A DNA stretch of 64,000 nt from Verrucomicrobiota bacterium (GTDB lineage: Bacteria; Verrucomicrobiota; Verrucomicrobiia; Palsa-1439). Location: the NCBI GenBank assembly GCA_003164675.1, contig PLTX01000020.1, forward strand, positions 7,580 through 71,579, read 5' to 3'. Positions 49,418 through 59,491 of this stretch are shown here, piece after piece. The notes under the pieces were generated by a model. The model saw nothing but the letters and a program-made list of their open reading frames with translations. It did not search any database and had not been told where the DNA came from. Numbering within the stretch: position 1 is the first letter of the stretch; every line of letters begins with the position of its first letter. A program made the position numbers and the translations under genes.

Positions 49418-49449
49418 GGGGGTGAAGAGGCAGCAACCTCTTCACCCCC
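49418..49449 (+). terminator. Hairpin after flp
   Basis: GGGGGTGAAGAGG-CAGCAA-CCTCTTCACCCCC followed by a T-rich stretch. Confidence 0.75.
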
Positions 49450-49773
49450 GTTGGCTTTTCTATCCCTCTCTTGTTGCCTTCTGACTTGGCACATCCATGA
49501 GCCTGAAGTGGTGATCCAATCCGCGCATCGCGTTGACTCTCTGGACCGTTCTCTTTGCACTGACTACCATGGCCACATGGGGTTCAATTTCTGCAAGGTG
49601 CATAACACGCTCGGCACGACACCGGCTCATGGGACTGGTATCGCTGACGGGTCGTGGACAATCGAGAAACTGATTGAGGGGGCAACAACTTGTGGACACT
49701 AGCAACAATCTGTTAGCCCACGACCCACGCTCTCTCTCGTTTCTCAATTTTGATATTGCATTTTGTTCATTAA

Positions 49774-49789
49774 AGGCACAGCATTTGCT
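49774..49789 (+). promoter_or_regulatory. Putative sigma-54 promoter of cpaB operon
   Basis: AGGCACAGCATTTGCT (GG-N10-GC), AT-rich upstream. Confidence 0.6.
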
Positions 49790-49835
49790 TGCCTTAGCTC
49801 AATTAAAGTCGAACACGTCGAACAAGGAGGACTCA

Positions 49836-50669
49836 ATGGCTAAGAAACCAGGTGCTGGCGGTATTATACTGGCGGCAGTGATCCTAGGACTCATCGCGGC
49901 CTACATGATCTACCGGCTCGAAAGCAATCGAGAAAAACAGGCCAAAGAGCACTGGATTCCGATCGTGGTTGCTCGTGAGGACATCCCCGCGCGCACCAAG
50001 GTCACCAGCGACATGGTTACATTGATGCCCTACCCCAAAGACCTTCTCACGTCTGGAGCCGTGCAGGACCGCAAGGAAGTGGAGGGGCGCGTTACCCTGG
50101 TGCGACTCAAGGCCAAAGAGCAGATTCGATCCTCAGATCTTCTGGCGGAGGGCCAGACACCGAGTCTCTCCTATGACATCCCGGACGGCATGAGGGCCAT
50201 CGCCATTGCGGCCAGCGAAATCAGCGCGGCCGGCAACGCCGTCAAGCCCGGTGACCACGTAGACATTTTAGCGACATACTCTGAACCCAACACGCATCAA
50301 GAGACAACACGGCTGGTGCTGCAGAATGTTCCCGTACTGGCAGTCAACCAGGCCGAAACGAATACCCAGGGGCCAACGGGCGCCAAGAGCTCGATGACGC
50401 TTGCGGTCAAGCCCGAAGAAGCCGAGCTCCTGATGGCAGCTGACCGCGCGGGCGTGTTGCGCGTGATGCTTCGCGCTCCTACGGACAAGAAGACCATTGA
50501 CAGCCAGGGTGTGACTGTCCGTGACATTCAGGGATCGAAGACATTTGAAGTGGCCCCACGCGCTCCGGATGCACAATCCACCCCGATCATTATTTCGCCG
50601 TCAAATCGTCAGCGGTCGGAAATCATAGTTTTCCGAGGCACACAAGAGCAGACGGTGGGGACACAATAG
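49836..50669 (+). CDS. cpaB: Flp pilus assembly protein CpaB/RcpC
   Basis: TM, SAF domain VVAREDIP, GMRAIAI, KPGDHVDI, LQNVPVLAV; AGGAGG SD. Confidence 0.93.
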   Translation: MAKKPGAGGIILAAVILGLIAAYMIYRLESNREKQAKEHWIPIVVAREDIPARTKVTSDMVTLMPYPKDLLTSGAVQDRKEVEGRVTLVRLKAKEQIRSSDLLAEGQTPSLSYDIPDGMRAIAIAASEISAAGNAVKPGDHVDILATYSEPNTHQETTRLVLQNVPVLAVNQAETNTQGPTGAKSSMTLAVKPEEAELLMAADRAGVLRVMLRAPTDKKTIDSQGVTVRDIQGSKTFEVAPRAPDAQSTPIIISPSNRQRSEIIVFRGTQEQTVGTQ

Positions 50670-50723
50670 GAACCGCCAGCAAGAGTTTCGAAACAAAAGG
50701 ACACATCGAAAGGACACATAAAG

Positions 50724-52190
50724 ATGAAGATGAACCAATGGAGCGCGGTAACGGGGATAATCGTGGTAGTGTTGGCTCTCGGACTGTTCTCGGCTCCGTA
50801 CGCCCATGCTCAGCAGAGCATTCAGGTCGGCGTTGGCGAGGCGGTCACGATTCCTGGCGAGAATATCGCGAAGGTCGCCATTGCCGACCCCCTGTGCGCG
50901 GATGTGGTGCCCCTTTCTGACAAGGAAATCAGCATCATCGGCAAGAAGGCCGGCGTCACCAGCTTGACGATCGTCAAAAACGACGGCTCGCCGACCCAGT
51001 TGACCCGCATCGAAGTGGTCAACGATGCCGCAGCGCTGACCATTCGTGAGATGATCGGGAACTCGAACATTACCGTGCGGGCCATTGGCGATTCGTTGGT
51101 GCTCGACGGCAAGGTGGACGACGAGCTCGTCGCGCAACGCGCTGTGCAGGTCGCCACCGCCTTCAAACCCCAGGTTGTGAATCTGCTCGAGATCGCGAAA
51201 CCCCGCCAAATCAGGGTGCGCACCCGCATTGCGGAAGTGAATACGGAAGCCATCAAGAACATCGGACTCCAGTGGTTTGGGCCTCAAGGTCAGGTGCAGT
51301 ACGCCATGCAGTACATGGGCGGTGGTTCCATTATCAGTGGTTTTATTCCCACCTCGAGCGAATTCGGAACGCCCGGAACCACGATTCAGGCCAATACCGT
51401 CACCATGGACGTGCTCCTGGATGTGTTGATTTCCAAGAGTTACGCGAGACTGCTCTCCGAGCCTACGTTGGTGACGTTCAGCGGCAAAGAAGCGAGCTTT
51501 CTTGTTGGGTCGGAGATCCCGATTGTCGAACAGTTGCCGCAATCGTTCACCGTGGAATTCAAAGAGGTCGGCGTACGGATGAAGATCAAGCCGGTGGCCG
51601 ACAGCGAAAACCGCATCAACACGACCATTCATGCGGAAGTCAGTCAGCTCTCGGGGACCAGTGTCAGTGGGCTGCCCGTCATCAGTTCCAAATCGGCGGA
51701 CACGGTCCTGCAGGTCAACAACGGACAGACGATCGTCATCGGCGGCTTGCTGGAGAACAACATCAACAAGGACGTTCTGCGGAAGTTGCCCTGGCTGGGT
51801 GACATTCCGGTGATTGGCGCGCTGTTTCGCGACAAGCAGTTCGACCAGGCCAAGCGTGAAGTTCTGTTCTTCATGACACCGGAAGTGCTGAGAGACTCCC
51901 AAGACGGTCTCGTGGCCACCGGGGTGCAGACGCCCGCAATGAGGGACTGGGTGACCACGTGGCGCAAGGGAGGTCTGATTAACCGTCGTGATGAGGCCAA
52001 GAAGGACGACTGGGGTCTGCACAACGCTGATCACCTCGGGTTTCCCTATCACGATTCATCTGACGAACCGCATGCCAAATCTAGACTGAAGAACGCAAAG
52101 CCGGCGGGCGGTGATTCGAAGGCTGCGGCGACCGCAGCTTCAGGACCGGATACATCAACGAACTTCTCTCCGGCCCGGCCGGCGGAGTAG
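50724..52190 (+). CDS. cpaC: Tad secretin CpaC/RcpA
   Basis: VAIADP, LSEPTLVTFSGKEASFLVGSEIP, GQTIVIGGLL, LPWLGDIPVIGALF. Confidence 0.93.
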   Translation: MKMNQWSAVTGIIVVVLALGLFSAPYAHAQQSIQVGVGEAVTIPGENIAKVAIADPLCADVVPLSDKEISIIGKKAGVTSLTIVKNDGSPTQLTRIEVVNDAAALTIREMIGNSNITVRAIGDSLVLDGKVDDELVAQRAVQVATAFKPQVVNLLEIAKPRQIRVRTRIAEVNTEAIKNIGLQWFGPQGQVQYAMQYMGGGSIISGFIPTSSEFGTPGTTIQANTVTMDVLLDVLISKSYARLLSEPTLVTFSGKEASFLVGSEIPIVEQLPQSFTVEFKEVGVRMKIKPVADSENRINTTIHAEVSQLSGTSVSGLPVISSKSADTVLQVNNGQTIVIGGLLENNINKDVLRKLPWLGDIPVIGALFRDKQFDQAKREVLFFMTPEVLRDSQDGLVATGVQTPAMRDWVTTWRKGGLINRRDEAKKDDWGLHNADHLGFPYHDSSDEPHAKSRLKNAKPAGGDSKAAATAASGPDTSTNFSPARPAE

Positions 52191-52273
52191 AATCAGGGAC
52201 AGTGATGAAGGAGGATTGCCGGTATCGAACGTGCTGGGTTGCCGGCAGGGGGATGTAGGCCATAGACATAGAC

Positions 52274-53491
52274 ATGGATCACATCAACGTCATCATCGCC
52301 GAAAATGAGTTGGGCGAACGGGAAAAGCTGAAGAGCCAGCTGGCTGGCGAATCGGATATTCAGGTCGTTGGTGAAGCGCGGGACGGCAAGGAGTGTTTGG
52401 ATCTCGTCAGCCGCCACCGGCCGGATGTCGTCCTCATCAAGGAGGATTTGCCGGTGGTCAACGGACTGGCAGCCGCCGAACAGATCAGCACGGATCTGCC
52501 CGACGTGGGTGTTATCCTCATTCTCACGGGTTCGGAAGGTCAGGAAGTCTGGCATAAGATGTTGCGTGCGGGCATCAAGGAATTCATTACCCGCCCGGTC
52601 ACAGCCGACCGTCTGCTCGAAGAAGTCCGCAAAGTGGCGGCCATTCAGGCCAAAGCGTTCAAGCGGGCCGGCACGACTCCCCCCACGCCAACAGCAGCAC
52701 AACCCGAAGCCCCGAAGCATCGCGTCGTCACCATCACCGGTCCGCGTGGCGGTTGTGGGAAGACCGTGATTGCCACCAATCTCGCTGTCGCCCTCGCCAG
52801 GGCCAGTGAGAAGGTGGCGCTGGTGGACCTGAACCTTTGGGGCGGCGATGTCGCCATGCTGTTGGATGTGTCACCGAAACGAACACTCGGCGACCTCCTT
52901 CCCGGCTTCGGGGGCATCGACTACGATGTCGTGGACAGTGTCATGTCGAAACACCCGACCGGCGTATCGGTCTTGGCCGCGCCATTGACCGGGACATTTG
53001 ATGGGTCGACGCTTTCCCGCTACATGGTGCAAAGCATCCTGGAAGCGCTTCGGGAACATTACGAATATATTATCGTCGATACGGGCTACGCCAATTTGGA
53101 ATCGACTCTCGCCGCAATGGATTACTCGGACCTGATCCTCGTTGTGGTGGGCATGGATTTGCCGCGACTGCGCGATGGCAAGCTGTATTTGAAGAACCTG
53201 CTGGCCGCCAACTACCCGAAAGAGAAGATCCGTGTCATTGTCAATCGGGCAACCAACTCGAAGGAAATCTCTTCGACGGAGGTCGAGACAATCCTGGAGT
53301 TTCCGGTGACGGTTCAAATCCCGAGCGATGACGCGCTCGTGGGTTCCTCGGTGAACCTGGGACAGACCTTCGTCAGCTCGAGCCCAAACAAGCCGGTGAC
53401 CAGGGCGCTGTTGGAGCTGGCAGAGGCCATGGCGCCGGGCGCCTCCCTCGAGAAGAAGCGGACCGGACGATGGTTTTCGTTCCTGCAATGA
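52274..53491 (+). CDS. cpaE: CpaE/TadZ: receiver-like plus MinD-like ATPase
   Basis: REC-like N-terminus; GPRGGCGKT, VDLNLWGGD, IVDT. Confidence 0.92.
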   Translation: MDHINVIIAENELGEREKLKSQLAGESDIQVVGEARDGKECLDLVSRHRPDVVLIKEDLPVVNGLAAAEQISTDLPDVGVILILTGSEGQEVWHKMLRAGIKEFITRPVTADRLLEEVRKVAAIQAKAFKRAGTTPPTPTAAQPEAPKHRVVTITGPRGGCGKTVIATNLAVALARASEKVALVDLNLWGGDVAMLLDVSPKRTLGDLLPGFGGIDYDVVDSVMSKHPTGVSVLAAPLTGTFDGSTLSRYMVQSILEALREHYEYIIVDTGYANLESTLAAMDYSDLILVVVGMDLPRLRDGKLYLKNLLAANYPKEKIRVIVNRATNSKEISSTEVETILEFPVTVQIPSDDALVGSSVNLGQTFVSSSPNKPVTRALLELAEAMAPGASLEKKRTGRWFSFLQ

Positions 53492-53520
53492 ATGTAAGCT
53501 AGAACAGAGCGTGGCATATT

Positions 53521-54819
53521 ATGGCGACTACCCCTGAAATCAGTGCGCAGTTATATTCGGAGTCCAAGAACGCAATTCTGGCGTATCTGGTCCAAAATAT
53601 CGACCAGAAGCTGCTCGAAAAAGGGGATGAAGCACTGTTACGCCGCCGGGTCGAAGAGCTCGTCGAGGAAAAACTTCGCTCGGAGAAATTGCCGTTCTCG
53701 CGTCAGATGCGCAACCGGCTCGTCTCGGACATGGCCGACGAAATCCTCGGCTTTGGCCCCATTGAGCCGCTTCTGCGCGATCCGACCGTCACCGAAGTCA
53801 TGGTCAACCGACCCGACCAGGTGTACTGCGAGCGTTTTGGCAAACTGGAATTGACGGACATTCAGTTTCGAGACTTCGAACATATCCGTCACGTCATCGA
53901 TAAGATCGTCACCCCGCTCGGCCGTCGCGTGGACGAGTCCAGCCCGATGGTCGACGCCCGCCTCCCCGATGGCTCCCGTGTCAACGCCATCATCTCGCCG
54001 CTCTCGCTCAACGGCCCGGTGCTGACGATCCGTAAATTCTCGGTTGACCCCTACACCGTCGAAGACCTCATCGGCTTCGGCACGATGACCCAGGGCATGG
54101 CGGCGTTTCTGGCGGCGTGTGTGAAAATCAAACTGAACATCTTGGTTTCCGGCGGTTCGGGCGCCGGCAAAACGACGCTGTTGAACGTGCTTTCCTCCTT
54201 CATTCCCGAGGGCGAGCGCGTGGTCACCGTCGAGGACGCCGCGGAATTGAAGCTGCACCAACCACACGTCGTGCGGCTGGAGGCGCGCCCGCCCAACATC
54301 GAAGGCAAAGGTGAAGTCAGGATTCGCGACCTCGTCCGCAACTGTCTGCGTATGCGCCCCGATCGTATCGTGGTTGGCGAAGTGCGTGGCGGCGAGGCGC
54401 TGGACATGTTGCAGGCCATGAACACCGGCCACGAAGGTTCCATTTCCACAATTCACGCCAACACGCCCCGCGACGCGCTGGCCCGTATCGAGACCATGGT
54501 GATGATGGCGGGGATGGAGCTGCCCTCACGCGCGATCCGCGAGCAGGTGGCCGCAGCCATTCACCTGATCGTGCAGGTGGGTCGTTTGAGCGACGGCAGC
54601 CGCAAAATCATTAGTGTGAGCGAAGTCCAGGGCATGGAAGGCAACGTCATTGTGTTGCAGGACTTGTTTACGTACCAGCAAAAGGGCATTGGCGAAGGGG
54701 GCAAGGTCTTGGGAACAATGCAGGCCACCGGCATGGTTCCGAAGTTCATTGAACGCTTCAATGCTTCCGGAATGCATTTGCCACCGGAAATTTTCAAGAG
54801 AACAAGTGAGATTCGGTAG
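53521..54819 (+). CDS. cpaF: Tad ATPase CpaF/TadA
   Basis: [43 protein letters not shown]. Confidence 0.97.
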   Translation: MATTPEISAQLYSESKNAILAYLVQNIDQKLLEKGDEALLRRRVEELVEEKLRSEKLPFSRQMRNRLVSDMADEILGFGPIEPLLRDPTVTEVMVNRPDQVYCERFGKLELTDIQFRDFEHIRHVIDKIVTPLGRRVDESSPMVDARLPDGSRVNAIISPLSLNGPVLTIRKFSVDPYTVEDLIGFGTMTQGMAAFLAACVKIKLNILVSGGSGAGKTTLLNVLSSFIPEGERVVTVEDAAELKLHQPHVVRLEARPPNIEGKGEVRIRDLVRNCLRMRPDRIVVGEVRGGEALDMLQAMNTGHEGSISTIHANTPRDALARIETMVMMAGMELPSRAIREQVAAAIHLIVQVGRLSDGSRKIISVSEVQGMEGNVIVLQDLFTYQQKGIGEGGKVLGTMQATGMVPKFIERFNASGMHLPPEIFKRTSEIR

Positions 54820-54820
54820 T

Positions 54821-55816
54821 ATGGACAACAACCTCCTGATCATTGTGGTCCTCGCCGTGGCCGCCTGCGGGTTGCTCGGCTACGGCCTGTATTTGCGGGT
54901 GACCCGTCGCCAGGCCATCCTCCAGGAACGGTTGGAGACATACACCACAATCGAGGAAGAAGCTGCCCGAACGACCCAGACTGAGCTGCGGCATACCAAT
55001 CAGGTCCCCCGGCTGTTTCGCATGCTCCTAGGGTCGGGCTACATGACCCACCTGGAAGACGAACTCGCGCGCGCGGACATTCCGATGCGTCCATCCGAAT
55101 ATCTGTTGTTGCGGATGGTTCTGGCGGCTTTCGGGTTCTTGGTTGGTCGTTACACCTTCGGCTACCTGCACAGCGGTATCATCCTCGCGGTTGCCGGCTT
55201 TCTGGTCCCGGTGTTCGTGGTTCGCTCCCATCAAAACCGCCGGCGCGCCAAGTTCGTCAAACAACTGGCCGACGCGCTCATGCTGCTCACAAATTCCTTG
55301 CGGTCGGGCTACGGGTTTGTCAAGGGTCTGGAACTCGTTGCCAAGGAAATGAGCGATCCAATCTCGAAGGAATTGAACCGCATGTTGCGAGAGGTTAACC
55401 TCGGCGTGACTATCGATGACGCGCTCTTGAACCTCGGTCGGCGTGTGAACAGCCAGGATCTGGACATCGTCATCGGCGCGTATCTGGTTCAGAAAGATGT
55501 CGGTGGCAACCTGACCGAGATCATGGAAAAGGTCGCAGAGACGATCCGTGAGCGATTGCGCATCCAGGGGGATGTACGTGTGTTAACCACACAGGGCAAG
55601 CTCTCGGGATTAGTTGTTGGGTTGTTGCCGTTTGCGGTGGTGGGGATTCTGTTGCTGTATGCACCGGACTATTTCAGCTCCATGTTCGGTCCCCCCATTA
55701 TAGGACACCTTGGCAAATACAACATCTCGCTGGGTGAGGTGTTACTGGCCGCGGGCGTGTGCCTGCAACTCATCGGTGCCTACATCATCTACAGGGTGAT
55801 TAACATCAAGGTGTAG
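54821..55816 (+). CDS. tadB: TadB inner-membrane platform protein
   Basis: QLADAL...LRSG, VGGNLTEI, TTQGKLSG. Confidence 0.93.
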   Translation: MDNNLLIIVVLAVAACGLLGYGLYLRVTRRQAILQERLETYTTIEEEAARTTQTELRHTNQVPRLFRMLLGSGYMTHLEDELARADIPMRPSEYLLLRMVLAAFGFLVGRYTFGYLHSGIILAVAGFLVPVFVVRSHQNRRRAKFVKQLADALMLLTNSLRSGYGFVKGLELVAKEMSDPISKELNRMLREVNLGVTIDDALLNLGRRVNSQDLDIVIGAYLVQKDVGGNLTEIMEKVAETIRERLRIQGDVRVLTTQGKLSGLVVGLLPFAVVGILLLYAPDYFSSMFGPPIIGHLGKYNISLGEVLLAAGVCLQLIGAYIIYRVINIKV

Positions 55817-55819
55817 CCC

Positions 55820-56755
55820 ATGCTTATCTTTGCCATTTTCACAATCTTCGTTGCCGTCATTCTGGGCGCTGTCGGTTTTTACCGTACCTCCTCTCAGTTC
55901 GCCGTCGAGAAGCGTATCGAACGAATCATGACGGCCGATGCGGAGACGCCCGAGGAGGAACTGGCGAAGCCGTTTGTCCAGCGCGTGCTCTTGCCTCTCG
56001 GCGATTCCGTGGCGAAATTGTTCCGTGGATATACGCCGACAGAAGTGGCCGAACGCACGCAAAAGAAGCTCGTCATGGCGGGCCTGTATCCCCGCGTGAC
56101 GTCCGTGCAATTGATCGGGCTGTGCTGGTTCAGCGCGGCGGGCTGCATGATCCTGATGTTCCTGATGATTCTGGCGCTGGGCACGGCGCCTGGAGGCGAT
56201 TTCAAATATGCTGATCCGTGGAACATTGCCTACCTGTTGATTGGTGCGTTTGGCGGGTACATCCTGCCACAGTTCGTGCTCGGCCGAAAAGTGCGGCTCC
56301 GTCAGGAACAGATACTGGTGAATCTGCCCTACTCGATCGACATCCTCTCGATCAGCGTCGAGGCGGGCATGGGTTTTGACGCCGCCGTCGGATACACGAT
56401 GCGCAAAATCAAAGGGCCCCTCGCCGAGGAGTTCTCCAAGACGCTCAACGAAATCCGGCTGGGAAAACCCCGCTTGGAAGCACTGGATGACCTCGGCAAT
56501 CGTACGGGGGTCGACGACCTGAAGACGTTCATTACCGCGGTGGTGCATGCCAGCCGTTTGGGCGGCAGCATTACCAACACGCTTCGCATCCAGGCCGATT
56601 CGATCCGCACACGCCGGCGTCAGCGCGCCCAGGAACAGGCGATGAAGGCGCCCATCAAGATTGTTTTTCCGCTCGTGTTCTTCATCTTCCCATCGCTGTT
56701 TATCGTTTTGCTTGGCCCTGCATTGGTCAGCGTGTGGAACCAATTGGGGCAATAG
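55820..56755 (+). CDS. tadC: TadC inner-membrane platform protein
   Basis: SVEAGMGFDAA, AQEQAMKAPIKIVFPLVFFIFP. Confidence 0.93.
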   Translation: MLIFAIFTIFVAVILGAVGFYRTSSQFAVEKRIERIMTADAETPEEELAKPFVQRVLLPLGDSVAKLFRGYTPTEVAERTQKKLVMAGLYPRVTSVQLIGLCWFSAAGCMILMFLMILALGTAPGGDFKYADPWNIAYLLIGAFGGYILPQFVLGRKVRLRQEQILVNLPYSIDILSISVEAGMGFDAAVGYTMRKIKGPLAEEFSKTLNEIRLGKPRLEALDDLGNRTGVDDLKTFITAVVHASRLGGSITNTLRIQADSIRTRRRQRAQEQAMKAPIKIVFPLVFFIFPSLFIVLLGPALVSVWNQLGQ

Positions 56756-56776
56756 TCGGCGCAGGAACGGATTGTC

Positions 56777-57181
56777 ATGATATTGGTCAACGCCACCAAG
56801 AAAACGATGGTCTCTGACAAGTGCCATTTCGCCAATACGGTGCTCAAACGCATGGTGGGGTTGCTCAACCGCGGGCGAATTGAGAAGGGCGAAGGCTTGC
56901 TCTTGGACCGGTGCTACGGCATTCACACGATCGGGATGCGGTTCCCCATTGACGTGCTCTTTCTCGACAAGGATTTGCACGTGATTCGCGCCGTCAAGGC
57001 CCTGCCGACCTATCGCATCTGCGTGGTCAGGAAATCCGTGTACGTCCTGGAAGTCCCCGTCGGGGCGCTCGATGCCTCTTGCACCGAGGATGGCGACCAA
57101 ATCCAGATCCGCACCGCCAATAACGATACGACGACCAGCGCACGCGTCGCGGCGACGGACCAGATTCCATCCGGCTCGTAA
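56777..57181 (+). CDS. DUF192 family protein
   Basis: RMVGLL, IHTIGMRFPIDVLFLD, VLEVPVG. Confidence 0.88.
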   Translation: MILVNATKKTMVSDKCHFANTVLKRMVGLLNRGRIEKGEGLLLDRCYGIHTIGMRFPIDVLFLDKDLHVIRAVKALPTYRICVVRKSVYVLEVPVGALDASCTEDGDQIQIRTANNDTTTSARVAATDQIPSGS

Positions 57182-57189
57182 GTCGGCCG

Positions 57190-57708
57190 TCAGCGCCTGG
57201 GTCCGAGATAATTCCCCGCCACGCGGCAGTACTTCTCCGCCCAACCCTTGATCTTGGCTCGTTCCGTCGGCCCGAGCTGGCTGACCACCTTTGCGGGGGA
57301 ACCGTACACCAGCGATCCCGGCGGCACCTGCAGCCCTTCGGTCAACAACGCGGTCGCGCCAATAATACTTTGCTCGCCGACCACAACGCCATTCATCAAC
57401 ACGGCCCCCATCCCCACCAGCACCTCGTCGCCCACGGTGCATCCGTGCAGGATTGTGCGATGGCCGACCGTTACGTAATTGCCCACCACACACGCAAATT
57501 GGTCGGCCACGTGGCATACACTGTTGTCTTGGATGTTCGTGTGATGGCCGATTACGACGCGATTGATGTCTCCGCGCAGGACGCTTCCGAACCAGACGCT
57601 GGCATGCTCGCCGATCTCGGTGTCGCCGATTACCCGCGCATTGTCGGCCAGAAACACACCCACGCCGATTTGCGGTCGCTTTCCAAGATATTCCAGGACG
57701 TTGGCCAC
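57190..57708 (-). CDS. Gamma carbonic anhydrase family protein
   Basis: SVLRGD, NIQDNSVCH, TVGHRTILHGC hexapeptide repeats. Confidence 0.92.
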   Translation of the reverse strand: MANVLEYLGKRPQIGVGVFLADNARVIGDTEIGEHASVWFGSVLRGDINRVVIGHHTNIQDNSVCHVADQFACVVGNYVTVGHRTILHGCTVGDEVLVGMGAVLMNGVVVGEQSIIGATALLTEGLQVPPGSLVYGSPAKVVSQLGPTERAKIKGWAEKYCRVAGNYLGPRR

Positions 57709-57773
57709 GACGCGAATTCTGGCGATGCGCGTTGCAAAATGCAAAGCAGTTTTGGCAGAATTCCCTCAATCGT

Positions 57774-58331
57774 ATGGCAAAGGCAAAACCGACTCCACCG
57801 AACTGGATCATCGCCCGCCTTGGTGACGATGGGAACTGGTGGGTCGCGGAATCCAGCCAGGACATCTACTGGGGGGAGGGGATGCGCGGACTGCTCGATC
57901 CGCGCCAGATCGCCCATATCGCCGAGACGCTGGACGAGTATCAACCCTTTGGGTTCCGCCGTCATCTCCTTGATGGCGCCTTCCAGTACTTCCAATTGGA
58001 ATCCGAGATCGATGACGAGCGGGTGAGACTCGCCCCGGTCAATCGGGATGATTTTGGAGCCGACAGCGAGCAGATCTTTGCGCTGCCGCTGATCGAAGAC
58101 GAAGAAACGGGTGCATACTACGATCTCCTCGATGCCATCATCGTCGCCCGCATCCGCAAGCTCAACTCCACGCACCACTACGCCCGCGATTGCACCGATT
58201 TGGACATGCGCGAAGAACTCGATGCGCTCGACCGCGACCGCTACTTCGCGTCGGACAACATCCACTGTTTTGACGAGATCACCGAGATCGTTCAATGGAG
58301 CCCTGCTGAATGGGACGAGCCAGGCTCTTAA
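57774..58331 (+). CDS. Acidic hypothetical protein
   Basis: Coding-like ORF overlapping the start of the amidase gene. Confidence 0.7.
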   Translation: MAKAKPTPPNWIIARLGDDGNWWVAESSQDIYWGEGMRGLLDPRQIAHIAETLDEYQPFGFRRHLLDGAFQYFQLESEIDDERVRLAPVNRDDFGADSEQIFALPLIEDEETGAYYDLLDAIIVARIRKLNSTHHYARDCTDLDMREELDALDRDRYFASDNIHCFDEITEIVQWSPAEWDEPGS

Positions 58332-59491
58332 CCCTGCTTGCCGCAGTCACTTGTTGCACAGCCAGTTATGCGACGGATTGGTCTGCGCTGGAACGCTACC
58401 AACAGACGATTTCCCGCGCCGAATTTGAGGGACTGCTCGCTGGCGTCTATTGTCCTTCCGCCGCGCTCACGAATTACCTGACATTTGGTACAAACTCCGT
58501 CACCGTTTTTTCCAGTCCCGAAAGAACCGACGCTCTGTTCACTCTTCGCTTCTCGTCCGCTGCTTCATCCCCCATCTCCCATTCTCCATGGTCCCTTAAG
58601 CGCATTGCCCTCGACCCCGGTCACATCGGCGGCGAATGGGCGCGCATGGAGGAGCGCTTCTTCCAGCGCGGCAAAGACCGCCCCGTGCAGGAAGCCGTCC
58701 TGACTCTTACGGCAGCCAGATTACTGAAGGCACGACTCGAAGCCGCCGGGGCGGAGGTGTTTCTCACGAAGGACAACTTCCAGCCCGTCACCGACAAGCG
58801 CCCTGAAGATTTTCGCGCCCAAGCCGAGCAGGAAACCCCGCTCATCCGCTTTGACACATTCCCGCCGCTGGATCGCGAAGCCGCGCGGGCCGATGCCGTC
58901 CGCAAACGAGCCGAGATTCTCTTCTACCGCAGTTCCGAAATCGCAGCGCGCGCCAAGTTGCTCAACGAGGAGATCAAGCCCGATCTCACGATCTGCCTGC
59001 ACGTCAACGCGGTCGAATGGGACGAATGCCAGAGCCTTGTCGACGACAACCGGCTCGTTGTGTTCGTTCACGGCGATTATCTCGCATCCGAATTGAAGGA
59101 CGACGACCAGAAGCTGCGGTTGTTTTCCAAATTGCTGGATCGCTCCCATCCGGTCGAACAGGCGGTGGCCGAAGCGGTTGCGACCGCCATGGCCAGCGCC
59201 ACGAAGCTGCCGCCCGTCGAATACGGCCCAGCCGGCGGTGCGATCCACGTCGGCGATAACCCGTACGTTTTCGCCCGCAACCTCGCCGCCAACCGACTCG
59301 TCAACGGCCCGGTCGTATTCCTCGAACCGTACTACATGAACAATCGCGTCGTTTACGAGCGCATCCAGCTTGGTGATTACGAGGGGACACGCGACGTGAA
59401 CGGTACTCCGATGAAAAGCATTTTTCGCGAGTATGCCGACTCCGTGGCGGACGGGTTGGAAAAACTGATCGTCCCGCGGGGCAAACCCTAA
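58310..59491 (+). CDS. N-acetylmuramoyl-L-alanine amidase-like exported protein
   Basis: IALDPGHIGG, E, ICLHVNA, VFLEPYYMN. Confidence 0.8.
   Translation: MGRARLLTLLAAVTCCTASYATDWSALERYQQTISRAEFEGLLAGVYCPSAALTNYLTFGTNSVTVFSSPERTDALFTLRFSSAASSPISHSPWSLKRIALDPGHIGGEWARMEERFFQRGKDRPVQEAVLTLTAARLLKARLEAAGAEVFLTKDNFQPVTDKRPEDFRAQAEQETPLIRFDTFPPLDREAARADAVRKRAEILFYRSSEIAARAKLLNEEIKPDLTICLHVNAVEWDECQSLVDDNRLVVFVHGDYLASELKDDDQKLRLFSKLLDRSHPVEQAVAEAVATAMASATKLPPVEYGPAGGAIHVGDNPYVFARNLAANRLVNGPVVFLEPYYMNNRVVYERIQLGDYEGTRDVNGTPMKSIFREYADSVADGLEKLIVPRGKP

Noticed and set aside
49451-49770. Small ORFs between flp and cpaB as pseudopilin or peptidase
   Set aside because: No prepilin motif or TM pattern; the region looks regulatory.
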